Virus record (IMG/VR): IMGVR_UViG_3300022555_000029
From: an uncultured virus (IMG/VR IMGVR_UViG_3300022555_000029)
Lineage: Duplodnaviria; Heunggongvirae; Uroviricota; Caudoviricetes
Length of the DNA stretch: 64,000 nt
Strand: one strand, 5' to 3'
The notes below the pieces were generated by a model, which searched no databases, was not told where the DNA came from, and was given only the letters and a program-made list of their open reading frames with translations. Positions 10,011 to 19,412 of this stretch are shown here, piece by piece. Position numbers and translations under genes: made by a program. Numbering within the stretch: position 1 is the first letter of the stretch; each line of letters starts with the position of its first letter.

Positions 10011-11434
10011 TAATCAACATATACGCAAATCATTGTAAAGTTGAAGGTACGCCAACAGAATTACGCTGGCTAAGAGACTTATTATCCTTTTCTGTTCCAG
10101 GAGCTGAATATACAGCTATCTATCGACGCCATCAATGGGATGGGAAAAAGCGCTTCTTCAACGTCCTAACAAGAATCCTTTCTATTGGGCATTTGGACTA
10201 TGTTTTGGAGAATGCTGGAGATGTTAAAATTGAGTGTAAAGATTTAAGAAAGTTTGATGCGATTGATTATACGTTACCGAAGATGAATTTGGAGCTTCGA
10301 GACTATCAAGAAAGTGCAGTACTTAAATGCTTAAGAACAAAAAACTGTTTGATACAAGCTGCTACTAATGCAGGAAAAACTGCTATTTTTTCTACTGTGT
10401 TAAAAAAGATATATCCAGCTAAATCAATTATTCTAATTCATCGAAGTGAAATCCTTTGGCAGATGAAAGATATGATTGAAGCGTATACTGGGCTTGAAGT
10501 AGGATTTATTACAGCAGATAATGTTTTGATTAAACCGATTACGATTGGCATGATACAAACATTGCTAAACAGACTTGGTGCAGACCAAGAGATTACAGAC
10601 TTCTTTGAAGATGCAAAATGCATTGTAGTTGATGAGGTGCATCATGCTGTTAATGCTTCTATTACAAGTTTGTTAGCTGCCTCAAAGGCAGTATGGAGAC
10701 TAGGCTGTTCAGGTACAATCCCAGAAGCAGATACTTTTAACGGAATGCTTGTAAGACAATACATTGGGAGTGTGGTATTCAGAATTACTAATGATGAATT
10801 GATAGAAAAAGGGGTAAGCGCAAAACCGCAGATTTTCATTTATGAGATTGATTCTTCTTCTATCTTAAAAGGTGTATTTGATGAAGCAAAAAGAAACCTG
10901 ACACTAAAATTGGGTGAGTATTCATCCCAGCAACTAATGAAAGAAGTGTACAGGCTAACAATTTCTAGGGGCATAATCAACAATCCAGAACGAAATGGTA
11001 AAGTGGTAGATATAATCAAAGGGAATAAAAATAAATCTACTTTAATTGTAGTAGACCTTCTTGAGCATGGCACAGTTATAGAAACGATATTGGAAAAAGC
11101 TGGGATTGATGCTAAGTTTATTTCAGGAGAATCTGAGATAAGAAAATCTGCTCTTGATAGTTTTAAAGCTGGAAAGTTACATGTCTTGATTTCTACTAAC
11201 ATAATCGATGAAGGGTTAGATGTACCTCTGATTTCTTGCCTTGTTTTATTAGCGGGGAAGAAGTCTCGAAGACAGCTACTTCAGCGTGTAGGTAGAAGTC
11301 TGCGTAAGAAACCTGGCGAAAATATAGTAAAAATTTATGATTTTGCTGATTATGGCAGCCGTTACTTACAAGCCCACACAAAAGAGAGGCTGCAGATTTA
11401 TAAAGATGAAAAGTTTACAGTTACTTTCGTATGA
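10007..11434 (+). CDS. SF2 DExH helicase (UvsW-like)
   Basis: LRDYQ, ATNAGKT, VDEVHH, SGT, EGLDVP, QRVGRSLR. Confidence 0.92.
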   Translation: MIINIYANHCKVEGTPTELRWLRDLLSFSVPGAEYTAIYRRHQWDGKKRFFNVLTRILSIGHLDYVLENAGDVKIECKDLRKFDAIDYTLPKMNLELRDYQESAVLKCLRTKNCLIQAATNAGKTAIFSTVLKKIYPAKSIILIHRSEILWQMKDMIEAYTGLEVGFITADNVLIKPITIGMIQTLLNRLGADQEITDFFEDAKCIVVDEVHHAVNASITSLLAASKAVWRLGCSGTIPEADTFNGMLVRQYIGSVVFRITNDELIEKGVSAKPQIFIYEIDSSSILKGVFDEAKRNLTLKLGEYSSQQLMKEVYRLTISRGIINNPERNGKVVDIIKGNKNKSTLIVVDLLEHGTVIETILEKAGIDAKFISGESEIRKSALDSFKAGKLHVLISTNIIDEGLDVPLISCLVLLAGKKSRRQLLQRVGRSLRKKPGENIVKIYDFADYGSRYLQAHTKERLQIYKDEKFTVTFV

Positions 11435-12096
11435 GAAAATTTTATTTATCTAGGGATGAGCTGTACCAAGAATATGTTGTTAAACAGTTATCCCAGGCTG
11501 CAATAGGTAATACAATAGGTTGTATTGACGAAACAGTAAGAAATTATTTACGTAAGTTTAAAATTCCTTCAAGGCATGTTGGAACATATGTAAGAACTAT
11601 TGAAATTAAGAAGAGAATGAGTGACTCGCATAAAGGCCGCCCATCTGGTAGAATGGGTCAGAAGTGCCCTTCAAAAGTAAAGAAAAAAATATCTCTTACA
11701 TTAAAGCAATATTTTAGTAACTTACCAAAAGAAAAGCAAGAAGCACAGATTAAGAGATTTATGAATGCCCCTTTACACACAAAGAAGCCAAATAAGGTTG
11801 AAGGTGTGGTAATAAATGCAAGTTTTGCTGATTTGAAGTTTGTTGGTGATGGTAGCTTCTTTCTCACATTTAAGAATGGTAAAAAAAAGAATCCTGATTT
11901 TGTTTACAAGAAACCTGAGAAAAAAGCTATCGAAATATGTGATTTTGAACATTGGCATACAGAAGAAGAAATGAATGGTATAGTACAAAGCTATAATGAT
12001 ATAGGTTGGAAGTGTTTAGTGCTAGATGCTAATTTGGTTCGAGATAATTTTCGGTTAATTAAATTGCAAATTGATTCTTTTTTGTATGACAAATAA
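11431..12096 (+). CDS. Putative homing endonuclease (HTH + NUMOD + PD-(D/E)XK/Vsr-like)
   Basis: N-terminal HTH, KRMSDSHKG, KPNKVE...NPDF...IEICDFEHWH. Confidence 0.75.
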   Translation: MRKFYLSRDELYQEYVVKQLSQAAIGNTIGCIDETVRNYLRKFKIPSRHVGTYVRTIEIKKRMSDSHKGRPSGRMGQKCPSKVKKKISLTLKQYFSNLPKEKQEAQIKRFMNAPLHTKKPNKVEGVVINASFADLKFVGDGSFFLTFKNGKKKNPDFVYKKPEKKAIEICDFEHWHTEEEMNGIVQSYNDIGWKCLVLDANLVRDNFRLIKLQIDSFLYDK

Positions 12097-12107
12097 AATT
12101 TATGTAA

Positions 12108-12147
12108 TATTTTAAAAGAAAAGTCATTCTATCTACTAGTATATAAT
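12108..12147 (+). promoter_or_regulatory. Repeated phage promoter motif, copy 3
   Basis: TATTTTAAAAGAAAAGTCATTCTATCTACTAGTATATAAT upstream of the clamp gene. Confidence 0.8.
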
Positions 12148-12176
12148 AGAGGCTAAACAGAAAAGGAGAAGAAGAA

Positions 12177-12902
12177 ATGAAAATCAAAGCATCAGATTTA
12201 GTAACCCATATCGAAAAAGCTAATATGGGGGGTTTGGTAAACGAAATGATTTTAGACACAACTTGTAAGTTTGTTGTTACAGATGAATCAAGGTCAGTGC
12301 TAGCTGTGAGTAAAGAAGGTCTTCAGGGAAGCGATTTAGGTAAGATAGGTTTGTTTGATTTAGTTCTTTTGAAAAATGTAATTCAGTATGCTGCTACTTC
12401 GATATTCAATCAGGATGAAGAATTAGACCTGAGGGTGGCTGGGAATAGATTAGTTCTCAAAAAAGGTAAAAACGAAGTTACGTTTTTACTTAGCGACCCA
12501 GCTGTAATTTCATCTACAGTCCCAGACATTGATTCAACCCTACAGAAGTTGCGGGGTAAAGAAGGTATTGAAATAAAATTAAATCCCGCTGATATCGATA
12601 AATGTATTAAAGCTGTGGCATTGATTAGCCCAGAGGTAGTAATCTTTTCACTTAGCGGTTCCGATGTAACTTGCTTGGTTGGGAAAGAAACAGAGCATAA
12701 TACATTGCTAAGTTTGGGGGCTACAGTAAATAAAAATCAGCAGAAGTTTGTGGTTAAATTTAAGCCTGATTTACTGGTTAAAATCTTACAGGTATTACCG
12801 TTAGATGAAGAGATTACATTGGAATTGCGTAGCGATTGCCCAATTATATTTTCTTCTGCAAAATACATCTTTGTAATATCTCCAATTAGAGACGTATCAT
12901 AA
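12177..12902 (+). CDS. Sliding clamp (gp45/PCNA-like)
   Basis: ~240 aa, alternating beta/alpha pattern, FLLSDPAVI resembling gp45, directly upstream of the clamp loader. Confidence 0.65.
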   Translation: MKIKASDLVTHIEKANMGGLVNEMILDTTCKFVVTDESRSVLAVSKEGLQGSDLGKIGLFDLVLLKNVIQYAATSIFNQDEELDLRVAGNRLVLKKGKNEVTFLLSDPAVISSTVPDIDSTLQKLRGKEGIEIKLNPADIDKCIKAVALISPEVVIFSLSGSDVTCLVGKETEHNTLLSLGATVNKNQQKFVVKFKPDLLVKILQVLPLDEEITLELRSDCPIIFSSAKYIFVISPIRDVS

Positions 12903-12904
12903 GT

Positions 12905-13795
12905 ATGATAGATAAAAATCTTATCTGGGTCGAAAAATACCGCCCAAGAACTTTGGCAGATTTAGTCCTCGAACCGACTACTAGAGAGTTTCTAGAAAAG
13001 TGTTTGAAAGATGATTATGTTTCTCATCTTCTATTATCTGGAAATGTAGGCTGTGGTAAGACTACGATAGCCAAAATCTTACTCAAAGAGCTAGACTGTG
13101 ATTCAATTACTTTGAATGCCAGCGATGAGCGAGGAATTGAGACGGTACGAAACAAGATAAAACAGTTTGCAATGATGAGTAGCTTTAAAAAGTGGAAGAT
13201 TGTATTTCTTGACGAAGCTGATAATCTTACAGCAGAAGCTCAATTTTCACTTAGAAACTTAATGGAGACTTATGCAGAGCAGACAAGATTTATCTTGACA
13301 TGTAACTATCTTAATCGTATAATAGAACCAATAAAAAGTAGATGCCAGTTAGTTGAGTTTAATAGCTTACAGCGCAAGCAAATTAGAACTCTACTTGATA
13401 AGATTTTTACTGAAGAGAAAATTGAATATGTTCCAGATGAGATGATAATGCTTATTGATATGTATTATCCAGATATACGTAGCATGATAAACAACATGCA
13501 GCAGTATACGAACGAAGGTAAGTGGTCTTTGAAAAACGTAACAGAGTTTAGAAACTTTGAGCAGATGGTTGAGTTTATTAAGAAGAAAGATTTGAAAAGT
13601 ATACGTGAACTAGATATCGAGTATACAGAGGCATACAAATACTTGTTTGATAAAGTTGACGAATTAACAGACGATTATGCTAAGCGTGTTGAGCTATCAG
13701 TATTGATAGCTGAGTATTTATGGCGTGAATGGGGCATTGCAGACAAGTCAATTAACTTTGCTGCTTGTATGATGTTAGTTATGGAGAAATTGTAA
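12905..13795 (+). CDS. Clamp loader ATPase subunit (gp44/RFC-like)
   Basis: WVEKYRP, GNVGCGKTT, LNASDERGI, LDEAD, SRC. Confidence 0.95.
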   Translation: MIDKNLIWVEKYRPRTLADLVLEPTTREFLEKCLKDDYVSHLLLSGNVGCGKTTIAKILLKELDCDSITLNASDERGIETVRNKIKQFAMMSSFKKWKIVFLDEADNLTAEAQFSLRNLMETYAEQTRFILTCNYLNRIIEPIKSRCQLVEFNSLQRKQIRTLLDKIFTEEKIEYVPDEMIMLIDMYYPDIRSMINNMQQYTNEGKWSLKNVTEFRNFEQMVEFIKKKDLKSIRELDIEYTEAYKYLFDKVDELTDDYAKRVELSVLIAEYLWREWGIADKSINFAACMMLVMEKL

Positions 13796-14190
13796 TGGAG
13801 CTTTGGGACGCGTTAAATAACCTGTATCATAAGAGATTTAGATATCCAGAGAAAGATGAAATTTCAGATAAGCTTTGGATTATCAATCGCTTCGTTTCAA
13901 TGGAGAGAGATTTACTAGAGCATATTGCTTACATTTCAAAATACTTCTTTACCCTACAAGAACGATACTACAGGTTGCTGTATAGGTTGATTCCACAAAG
14001 CTTTTCGCCTAGAACTAAATATCTAAAACCACCAAAAGAACTTGATAGTGAATTACTAAAGAAATACTCAACGTATTTTGGACTTAAGAAAAAAGAAGTA
14101 AAAAACTATATGGAGATACTCAGAAAATCGTATAGCAACAAGGAATTGTACGAATTCGTGGGTATAGAATATAAAAATGGAAGCGACTAG
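13795..14190 (+). CDS. Clamp loader small subunit (gp62-like)
   Basis: WIINRFVS...YYRLL pattern; position after gp44-like gene. Confidence 0.6.
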   Translation: MELWDALNNLYHKRFRYPEKDEISDKLWIINRFVSMERDLLEHIAYISKYFFTLQERYYRLLYRLIPQSFSPRTKYLKPPKELDSELLKKYSTYFGLKKKEVKNYMEILRKSYSNKELYEFVGIEYKNGSD

Positions 14191-14494
14191 CGATATCGAG
14201 TTTATCAAAACAGATGTTATAATGAACACTCTTTACAAAGAGTACATTGTGGAGAAAAAAGTCCCAGATAAGGGCGAGATAAAAACAATGCTCCACTTTT
14301 TAGCCACTTTTGCTATGGGATGTAGATTACATCAGATGAAAGAGTTAGGTGATTTGTATTGTAAACGTGTTAACTGCTATTTTCTACTTCTACTGATGTT
14401 AGGGTATAAGTTTGGTAAAGCATATGGTATGTATCAAGGTCTAGGTCTTTATGAAGAGATAAGAAAAATCTTGTATGGTGTTCGTGTTAACTAG
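14177..14494 (+). CDS. Hypothetical protein
   Basis: Coupled ORF. Confidence 0.5.
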   Translation: MEATSDIEFIKTDVIMNTLYKEYIVEKKVPDKGEIKTMLHFLATFAMGCRLHQMKELGDLYCKRVNCYFLLLLMLGYKFGKAYGMYQGLGLYEEIRKILYGVRVN

Positions 14495-14502
14495 GAGGTA
14501 AA

Positions 14503-14874
14503 ATGCGGTTATCTTACAAAGGAAAGTTTGATGCAGCTCATCGGTTGCATAAAAAAGAGCAAACAGAGGATTGGAATAAAAAAGCTTTTGGTAAATGTAA
14601 TAATCTACATGGGCACACTTGGCTGATAGAATTTGAGTTAGAGGGCGAACCAAAAGAAGATGGAATGGTTATAAACTTTACAGAATTGAAGGCATTAATA
14701 AATTATTTAGACCATGGCTACATAAATGATTTAGTAAACTTTTTACCTACAGCAGAGAACTTAACTCGCTTCTTTATTGACCAGCTTAAAGAAAAAGAAT
14801 TGTTTACTTACATAAAAGTGCGGGTATGGGAAAGTGACCATGCATTTGCGGAGGAAGAATGGAGAAGCAGGTAA
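14503..14874 (+). CDS. queD: 6-carboxytetrahydropterin synthase
   Basis: FDAAHRL, CNNLHGHT, LDHGYIN, PTAENL, VWES. Confidence 0.95.
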   Translation: MRLSYKGKFDAAHRLHKKEQTEDWNKKAFGKCNNLHGHTWLIEFELEGEPKEDGMVINFTELKALINYLDHGYINDLVNFLPTAENLTRFFIDQLKEKELFTYIKVRVWESDHAFAEEEWRSR

Positions 14875-15521
14875 AAAATACGTTACAGATTTCTGAAATC
14901 TTCGAAGGTATTCAAGGTGAAGGTCGCTTTGCAGGACAGCCTGTAATGTTTATCAGATGTTCAAAATGTACAAGAAGCTGCTCATTTTGCGACACCAAGT
15001 ACCATACTGCAGGTAAAGAACTACTTGTAGGTAGCGTCGCACGACAGATTTCTTCCCAAAATCTTCGTACAGTTGTAGTTACTGGTGGGGAACCGACTTT
15101 ACAAATAGCAGCTCTTGCTGAGCTCTGGCGTTTAGTAAATAAAGAAAAACATTTTCACTTTCATTTAGAAACAAATGGTGATTTGATGGCTTCGAAGAAA
15201 GTATCGTATAGTGAAGTGCTTTCAATTTTTGATTACGTTGCTATATCGCCAAAAGAACTTTATGTTGCTAAACAGCTGTATAAAGATTTAGTAGGTCCTT
15301 TGAGTAAAGGAAAATGTGATATAAAAGTAGTTACTGATTTAGAAACAGTTGGAAAAAGTATGTTAAGGTGGGCAACTATGTTAATGCCTCTTACTACGAA
15401 AGACCCTATACAAGACTTAAAAATACAACAAAAAGTTTGGAAGTATTGCTTAGATAAAGGGATACGTTATACACCACGATTACATGTTGAATTGTTTGGT
15501 TACAACAAGAGAGGAGTATGA
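14859..15521 (+). CDS. queE: 7-carboxy-7-deazaguanine synthase (radical SAM)
   Basis: EIFEGIQGEG, CTRSCSFCDT, TGGEP, ETNG, PRLH. Confidence 0.95.
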   Translation: MEKQVKNTLQISEIFEGIQGEGRFAGQPVMFIRCSKCTRSCSFCDTKYHTAGKELLVGSVARQISSQNLRTVVVTGGEPTLQIAALAELWRLVNKEKHFHFHLETNGDLMASKKVSYSEVLSIFDYVAISPKELYVAKQLYKDLVGPLSKGKCDIKVVTDLETVGKSMLRWATMLMPLTTKDPIQDLKIQQKVWKYCLDKGIRYTPRLHVELFGYNKRGV

Positions 15522-16435
15522 TGGATTACAATATTGTTGAATTTGAGTATCAGATTAAAAAACTAGCAAAGATGGTGGGTAAGAAAAAGTATTCTGCTTT
15601 GTATGGCATACCTAAAAATGGTGTCATTGTTGCTTCTTTCTTATCTAAGGAATTGGGTATTCCCTTACTTGGCAGTATACAGAAACTGCATAAATTAAAA
15701 GATATACTAGTCGTTGATGATATTGTTGATAGTGGAAAAACGATTACAAAATTCTCTAATTATGATTGCTTAACTGTTATTTCAAAAGTAAAGAAAAGCC
15801 AACTTCCGAAGAATGTAAAATACGTAGCTGTGTATGCTGAACCTACTGATTGGATTAATTGGTTTTGGGAGAATGAAACAGTAGATAAAGAAGACACAGT
15901 TGCAAGATGTCTAGAGCAAATTGGTGAGAATTCTAGGCGAGAAGGATTACTTGACACTCCTAGAAGGGTAGTAAAAAGTTGGGATAAGTTATACGGTGGT
16001 TATAAGCAAAATCCAGAAGATATACTAAAAACTAACTTCAGCTGCGAATACTATGATGAAGTTATACTTCTGAGAAATATTCCATTGTATTCGATGTGTG
16101 AACACCACTTATTACCATTTACAGGAAAATGCCATATTGGCTACATACCTGGAAAATGTGGTAAGGTTGTAGGTATTAGTAAACTGGCTAGACTTATGGA
16201 AATTTATGCTAGAAGGGCTCAGATACAAGAACAGTTAACTATGCAGATTGGGCAATCCTTAGTTAAACACTTAAAGCCAAGAGGTGTTGTTGTAATCATT
16301 GAAGCAACACATATGTGCATGACAGCCCGAGGTGTGGAAAAAGCAGGCAGTTCAATGGTAACAAGTTATATGCATGGTTGTTTTAAAGACGAACCTTCTG
16401 CTAGACAAGAAGTACTAAATCTGATAAAACTATGA
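15518..16435 (+). CDS. folE: Phosphoribosyltransferase-like domain fused to GTP cyclohydrolase I
   Basis: N-term GIPKNG...VVDDIVDSGKT...FWE; C-term REGLLDTPRRV, SMCEHHLLPF, GISKLAR, QIQE, HMCMTARG. Confidence 0.93.
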   Translation: MMDYNIVEFEYQIKKLAKMVGKKKYSALYGIPKNGVIVASFLSKELGIPLLGSIQKLHKLKDILVVDDIVDSGKTITKFSNYDCLTVISKVKKSQLPKNVKYVAVYAEPTDWINWFWENETVDKEDTVARCLEQIGENSRREGLLDTPRRVVKSWDKLYGGYKQNPEDILKTNFSCEYYDEVILLRNIPLYSMCEHHLLPFTGKCHIGYIPGKCGKVVGISKLARLMEIYARRAQIQEQLTMQIGQSLVKHLKPRGVVVIIEATHMCMTARGVEKAGSSMVTSYMHGCFKDEPSARQEVLNLIKL

Positions 16436-16629
16436 AAAAGATTGACAAAGCTCTTGCAAAGCAACTTGCATTGTATGATAAGGTTGTTGCCCAAGGAAGA
16501 AAACGATTTATTGCAGGTTACTTCAAGTATGGTGATGCCTATAAGCAAGATGATTTAGACCAAGAAGCACTTGAAGAAATCCTAGACCTGTTCAACTATT
16601 TTATGATGAAGCGTATGAAGAAAAAATGA
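16432..16629 (+). CDS. Small MazG-like/all-alpha nucleotide pyrophosphatase-like protein
   Basis: KYG...EALEEILD..NY motif. Confidence 0.5.
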   Translation: MKKIDKALAKQLALYDKVVAQGRKRFIAGYFKYGDAYKQDDLDQEALEEILDLFNYFMMKRMKKK

Positions 16630-17252
16630 ATTTAGACTCACTACCAAGGTTACTAGATTTTATAAGCTGTTTTTCTACTGAAGAGTTTACTGTAGATGGT
16701 GTCCTTTACAAACCGCCAAAAAAGCTAGTTATCTCTAATTGTTTTTTTCGCTCATATACTTGTCCACCAAATTGTGGCGGATGTTGTAAATCTGTATCAT
16801 TGTTATATTTTGACCATAACATTAGCGATTTTTTAAAACAATATCCAGAATTAAAAAGTGACATATCTGCTAGAATCATAACAGTTAACAATCAAAGAAA
16901 AAGTTGCTATGTATTAAAGAATGGTGATGCCAAGCAATGTAGATTTAACAGACCAGAAGATGGACGATGTTTAATACACAAAGCTCACCCATTACTTTGT
17001 AGATTTGAACTTAAAAAGTTTATCCACAGAAAAGATAAAACTTTCTTTACAAAAAGATTACCTGGTCGAGGATGGCTATTCAATGCTCAATGCAAAATGA
17101 CGCCATTTGAAAGAGAGGCATTTGAACAAGATATTTCAGAGTTACGTGAAGTAGAAGAAATAGCAAAAACATTTGGGATAAAGAATAAAATTGCTCAAGT
17201 GATAGAAGAGTTACAACTACGTGGAGGTAATACCAAATGGAATCTGTGGTAA
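16626..17252 (+). CDS. Cys-rich CxxxCxxCC (YkgJ/FliB-like) protein; candidate DpdM-type preQ1 methyltransferase
   Basis: CPPNCGGCC and C.F.....GRCLIH..HP..C, inside the que cluster. Confidence 0.6.
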   Translation: MNLDSLPRLLDFISCFSTEEFTVDGVLYKPPKKLVISNCFFRSYTCPPNCGGCCKSVSLLYFDHNISDFLKQYPELKSDISARIITVNNQRKSCYVLKNGDAKQCRFNRPEDGRCLIHKAHPLLCRFELKKFIHRKDKTFFTKRLPGRGWLFNAQCKMTPFEREAFEQDISELREVEEIAKTFGIKNKIAQVIEELQLRGGNTKWNLW

Positions 17253-17968
17253 TCAAACCAGCAAGAATCGAAGAGGCAGAGGAGTGCCAGAAGATTTACA
17301 ATCACGCCTCTATTATCGGCTTACTAGGCGGGTTAACTCATTTAGATACAGTTAAGGGTAAAATCAAGTCTTCTGGTGTAACGATGTGGAACGCGTTTGA
17401 AGGAAATAAAATAGTAGGGTCAGTAATGATAGCAGGGAGAAATCAATGTCACTACGCAAAGTTTGGCGAAGTAGGTGTACTGCCCGAATATCGTAGAAGA
17501 AGAATAGCCACTGCGTTGTACACTGCGATTCTCTGCCAGGGAATCATGGAAGGCAGAAGACTGTGGGAAGACACAATTGTGGGTGATAATCCGTTTCAAT
17601 TTGCTACTCTTCCGACAATTGGATTAGAGCATTGGGCTATATTAAAAATGAAGACAGCCTCGTTCAAAGACATTCATTTGTTTGGGTATAATCTAGACTT
17701 TGAGAAGTTTAAAAAGACACTTGATAGAGTGCCTGAATACATTAAAATAATAGTGAAAGAGGATTATTATAGTGCTGATTTGTGGAATAAAAATCAGGAA
17801 ATCTACTTGAAGAAAAATGAAGCTTTCATCAAAGAGTTAGCTAAGTGTAAAGAATATATGCTTAGCTGTGGAAAAGTTCAAGTAGAACAAGGTGAGATAA
17901 AATGTCCACATAACAAGAATAAAAATATTCAACAAACAGGCATTTCGGATTTTGTACAGGAGGGGTAG
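17237..17968 (+). CDS. GNAT-family N-acyltransferase
   Basis: IKPARIEE, IVGSV, EVGVLPEYRRRRIATAL (acyl-CoA-binding motif A). Confidence 0.85.
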   Translation: MESVVIKPARIEEAEECQKIYNHASIIGLLGGLTHLDTVKGKIKSSGVTMWNAFEGNKIVGSVMIAGRNQCHYAKFGEVGVLPEYRRRRIATALYTAILCQGIMEGRRLWEDTIVGDNPFQFATLPTIGLEHWAILKMKTASFKDIHLFGYNLDFEKFKKTLDRVPEYIKIIVKEDYYSADLWNKNQEIYLKKNEAFIKELAKCKEYMLSCGKVQVEQGEIKCPHNKNKNIQQTGISDFVQEG

Positions 17969-17969
17969 T

Positions 17970-19004
17970 ATGACACCTAGAGGTATTTTGACGAAAGAGC
18001 AAAAAGAAAGACAGCTTGCAACGATGCGTTCACTTGATTATCGAAAGAAAAAATCTGAAGGAACGAAAAAGATGTGGAAGGAGAAAGATATGACAGAAAG
18101 AAATAAAAAAGTTTCTTTATCAAGAATGGGCGAAAAGCATCCATTATGGAAAGGTGATAAAGTTAGTTACACAAGTTTACATGAATGGATAAATAATCGT
18201 CTTAAGAAGCCTACACAGTGTTTGTTTTGTTGTGATACAAATTATGCTGAGTATGCAAATCTTTTGCATGATATCTATACTAGGAATTTAGATGATTATA
18301 TTCCGTTATGTAAACAATGTCATAAAGTCTTTGATAACCTATTCAAAAAAATGGAGAAAAATGTAGTAACTATTCTTAGTGGCGGGCTCGATTCAACAAC
18401 TTTAGTCTACTTCTTACACAAACAAGGTTTTAACATAAAAGCATTGTCCTTTAACTATGGTCAGAGGCATAAAAAAGAATTACAATTTGCTGCTGAAACT
18501 TGTAAGAAACTAAGTGTAGAACACCATATTATTGACTTAAGCTCAATAACTAAATTGATTTCTAATTCAGCTCTTACAGGTGATGCTCAAGTACCTCATG
18601 GGCATTATGAAGATGAAAGCATGAAAATTACTGTTGTCCCAAATAGAAATGCTATTATGCTATCTATTGCTGTCGGTTATGCTGAAAATCTAAATTACAA
18701 GTATGTTGCGATTGGGAATCACAAAGGAGATAGGAGTATATATCCCGATTGTCGTAGGGAATTTATAGATGCAATGAATGAAGCAAGTCAACTTGGAACA
18801 TATAATAAGATTAGTATCTTTTCACCATTTTGTGATATAACAAAAACTGATATTGCAAGAATAGGATTGTATTTAGGAATTGATTATGATAAAGATACAT
18901 GGAGTTGTTATGAAGGGGGCGAAAAACCATGTAATCTTTGTGGAACTTGTAACGAAAGAAATGAAAGTATAATGTTAGCTAAGCAACAGTTAAAACTCAA
19001 ATAA
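17970..19004 (+). CDS. queC: 7-cyano-7-deazaguanine synthase with N-terminal HNH-type endonuclease domain
   Basis: From M at 18351: SGGLDS, YGQRH, VPNRN, YPDCR, WSCY..G..PC..CGTC..R; N-term YTSLHEWI...C..C...ANL...LCKQCH. Confidence 0.93.
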   Translation: MTPRGILTKEQKERQLATMRSLDYRKKKSEGTKKMWKEKDMTERNKKVSLSRMGEKHPLWKGDKVSYTSLHEWINNRLKKPTQCLFCCDTNYAEYANLLHDIYTRNLDDYIPLCKQCHKVFDNLFKKMEKNVVTILSGGLDSTTLVYFLHKQGFNIKALSFNYGQRHKKELQFAAETCKKLSVEHHIIDLSSITKLISNSALTGDAQVPHGHYEDESMKITVVPNRNAIMLSIAVGYAENLNYKYVAIGNHKGDRSIYPDCRREFIDAMNEASQLGTYNKISIFSPFCDITKTDIARIGLYLGIDYDKDTWSCYEGGEKPCNLCGTCNERNESIMLAKQQLKLK

Positions 19005-19016
19005 AAGGAGGGTCAC

Positions 19017-19412
19017 GTGGATAAGATTAGAACGCTAGGAAAAACTACAGATTACAAATATGATAAACCGACTTGGGAGATGCTAGATTGGTTTGAATCA
19101 CCATCAGAAAAACCGTATAGCATTTTTATACATTGCCCAGAATTTACATCGTTATGCCCAAAAACTGGCCAACCAGATTATGCTAAGATTGAGATTGAAT
19201 ACATTCCAGATAAGAAGTGTGTAGAATCAAAATCTCTTAAACTATACCTTTTTGCTTTTAGGAATTTTGGTGAGTTTCATGAAGCTTGCACAAATAGAAT
19301 TGCGGACGATATTGTAAAAGCAATTGCCCCAAGATATATTAAAGTTACAGGTGAGTTTTACCCGAGAGGCGGAATTGCTATACATCCTGTAGTGGAGAGA
19401 GGTAAAAAATGA
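19017..19412 (+). CDS. queF: preQ0 reductase (unimodular QueF)
   Basis: PEFTSLCPKTGQPDYA, VESKSLKLYL, FHE, PRGG. Confidence 0.95.
   Translation: MDKIRTLGKTTDYKYDKPTWEMLDWFESPSEKPYSIFIHCPEFTSLCPKTGQPDYAKIEIEYIPDKKCVESKSLKLYLFAFRNFGEFHEACTNRIADDIVKAIAPRYIKVTGEFYPRGGIAIHPVVERGKK

Noticed and set aside
17970..18350. Intein or intron in queC
   Set aside because: The extra domain is N-terminal, with no intein splice residues and no group I core elements seen
14503..19412. que genes as auxiliary tRNA-queuosine metabolism only
   Set aside because: The adjacent TGT-fold gene looks DpdA-like and abuts the DNA polymerase; DNA modification is the better reading, though not proven
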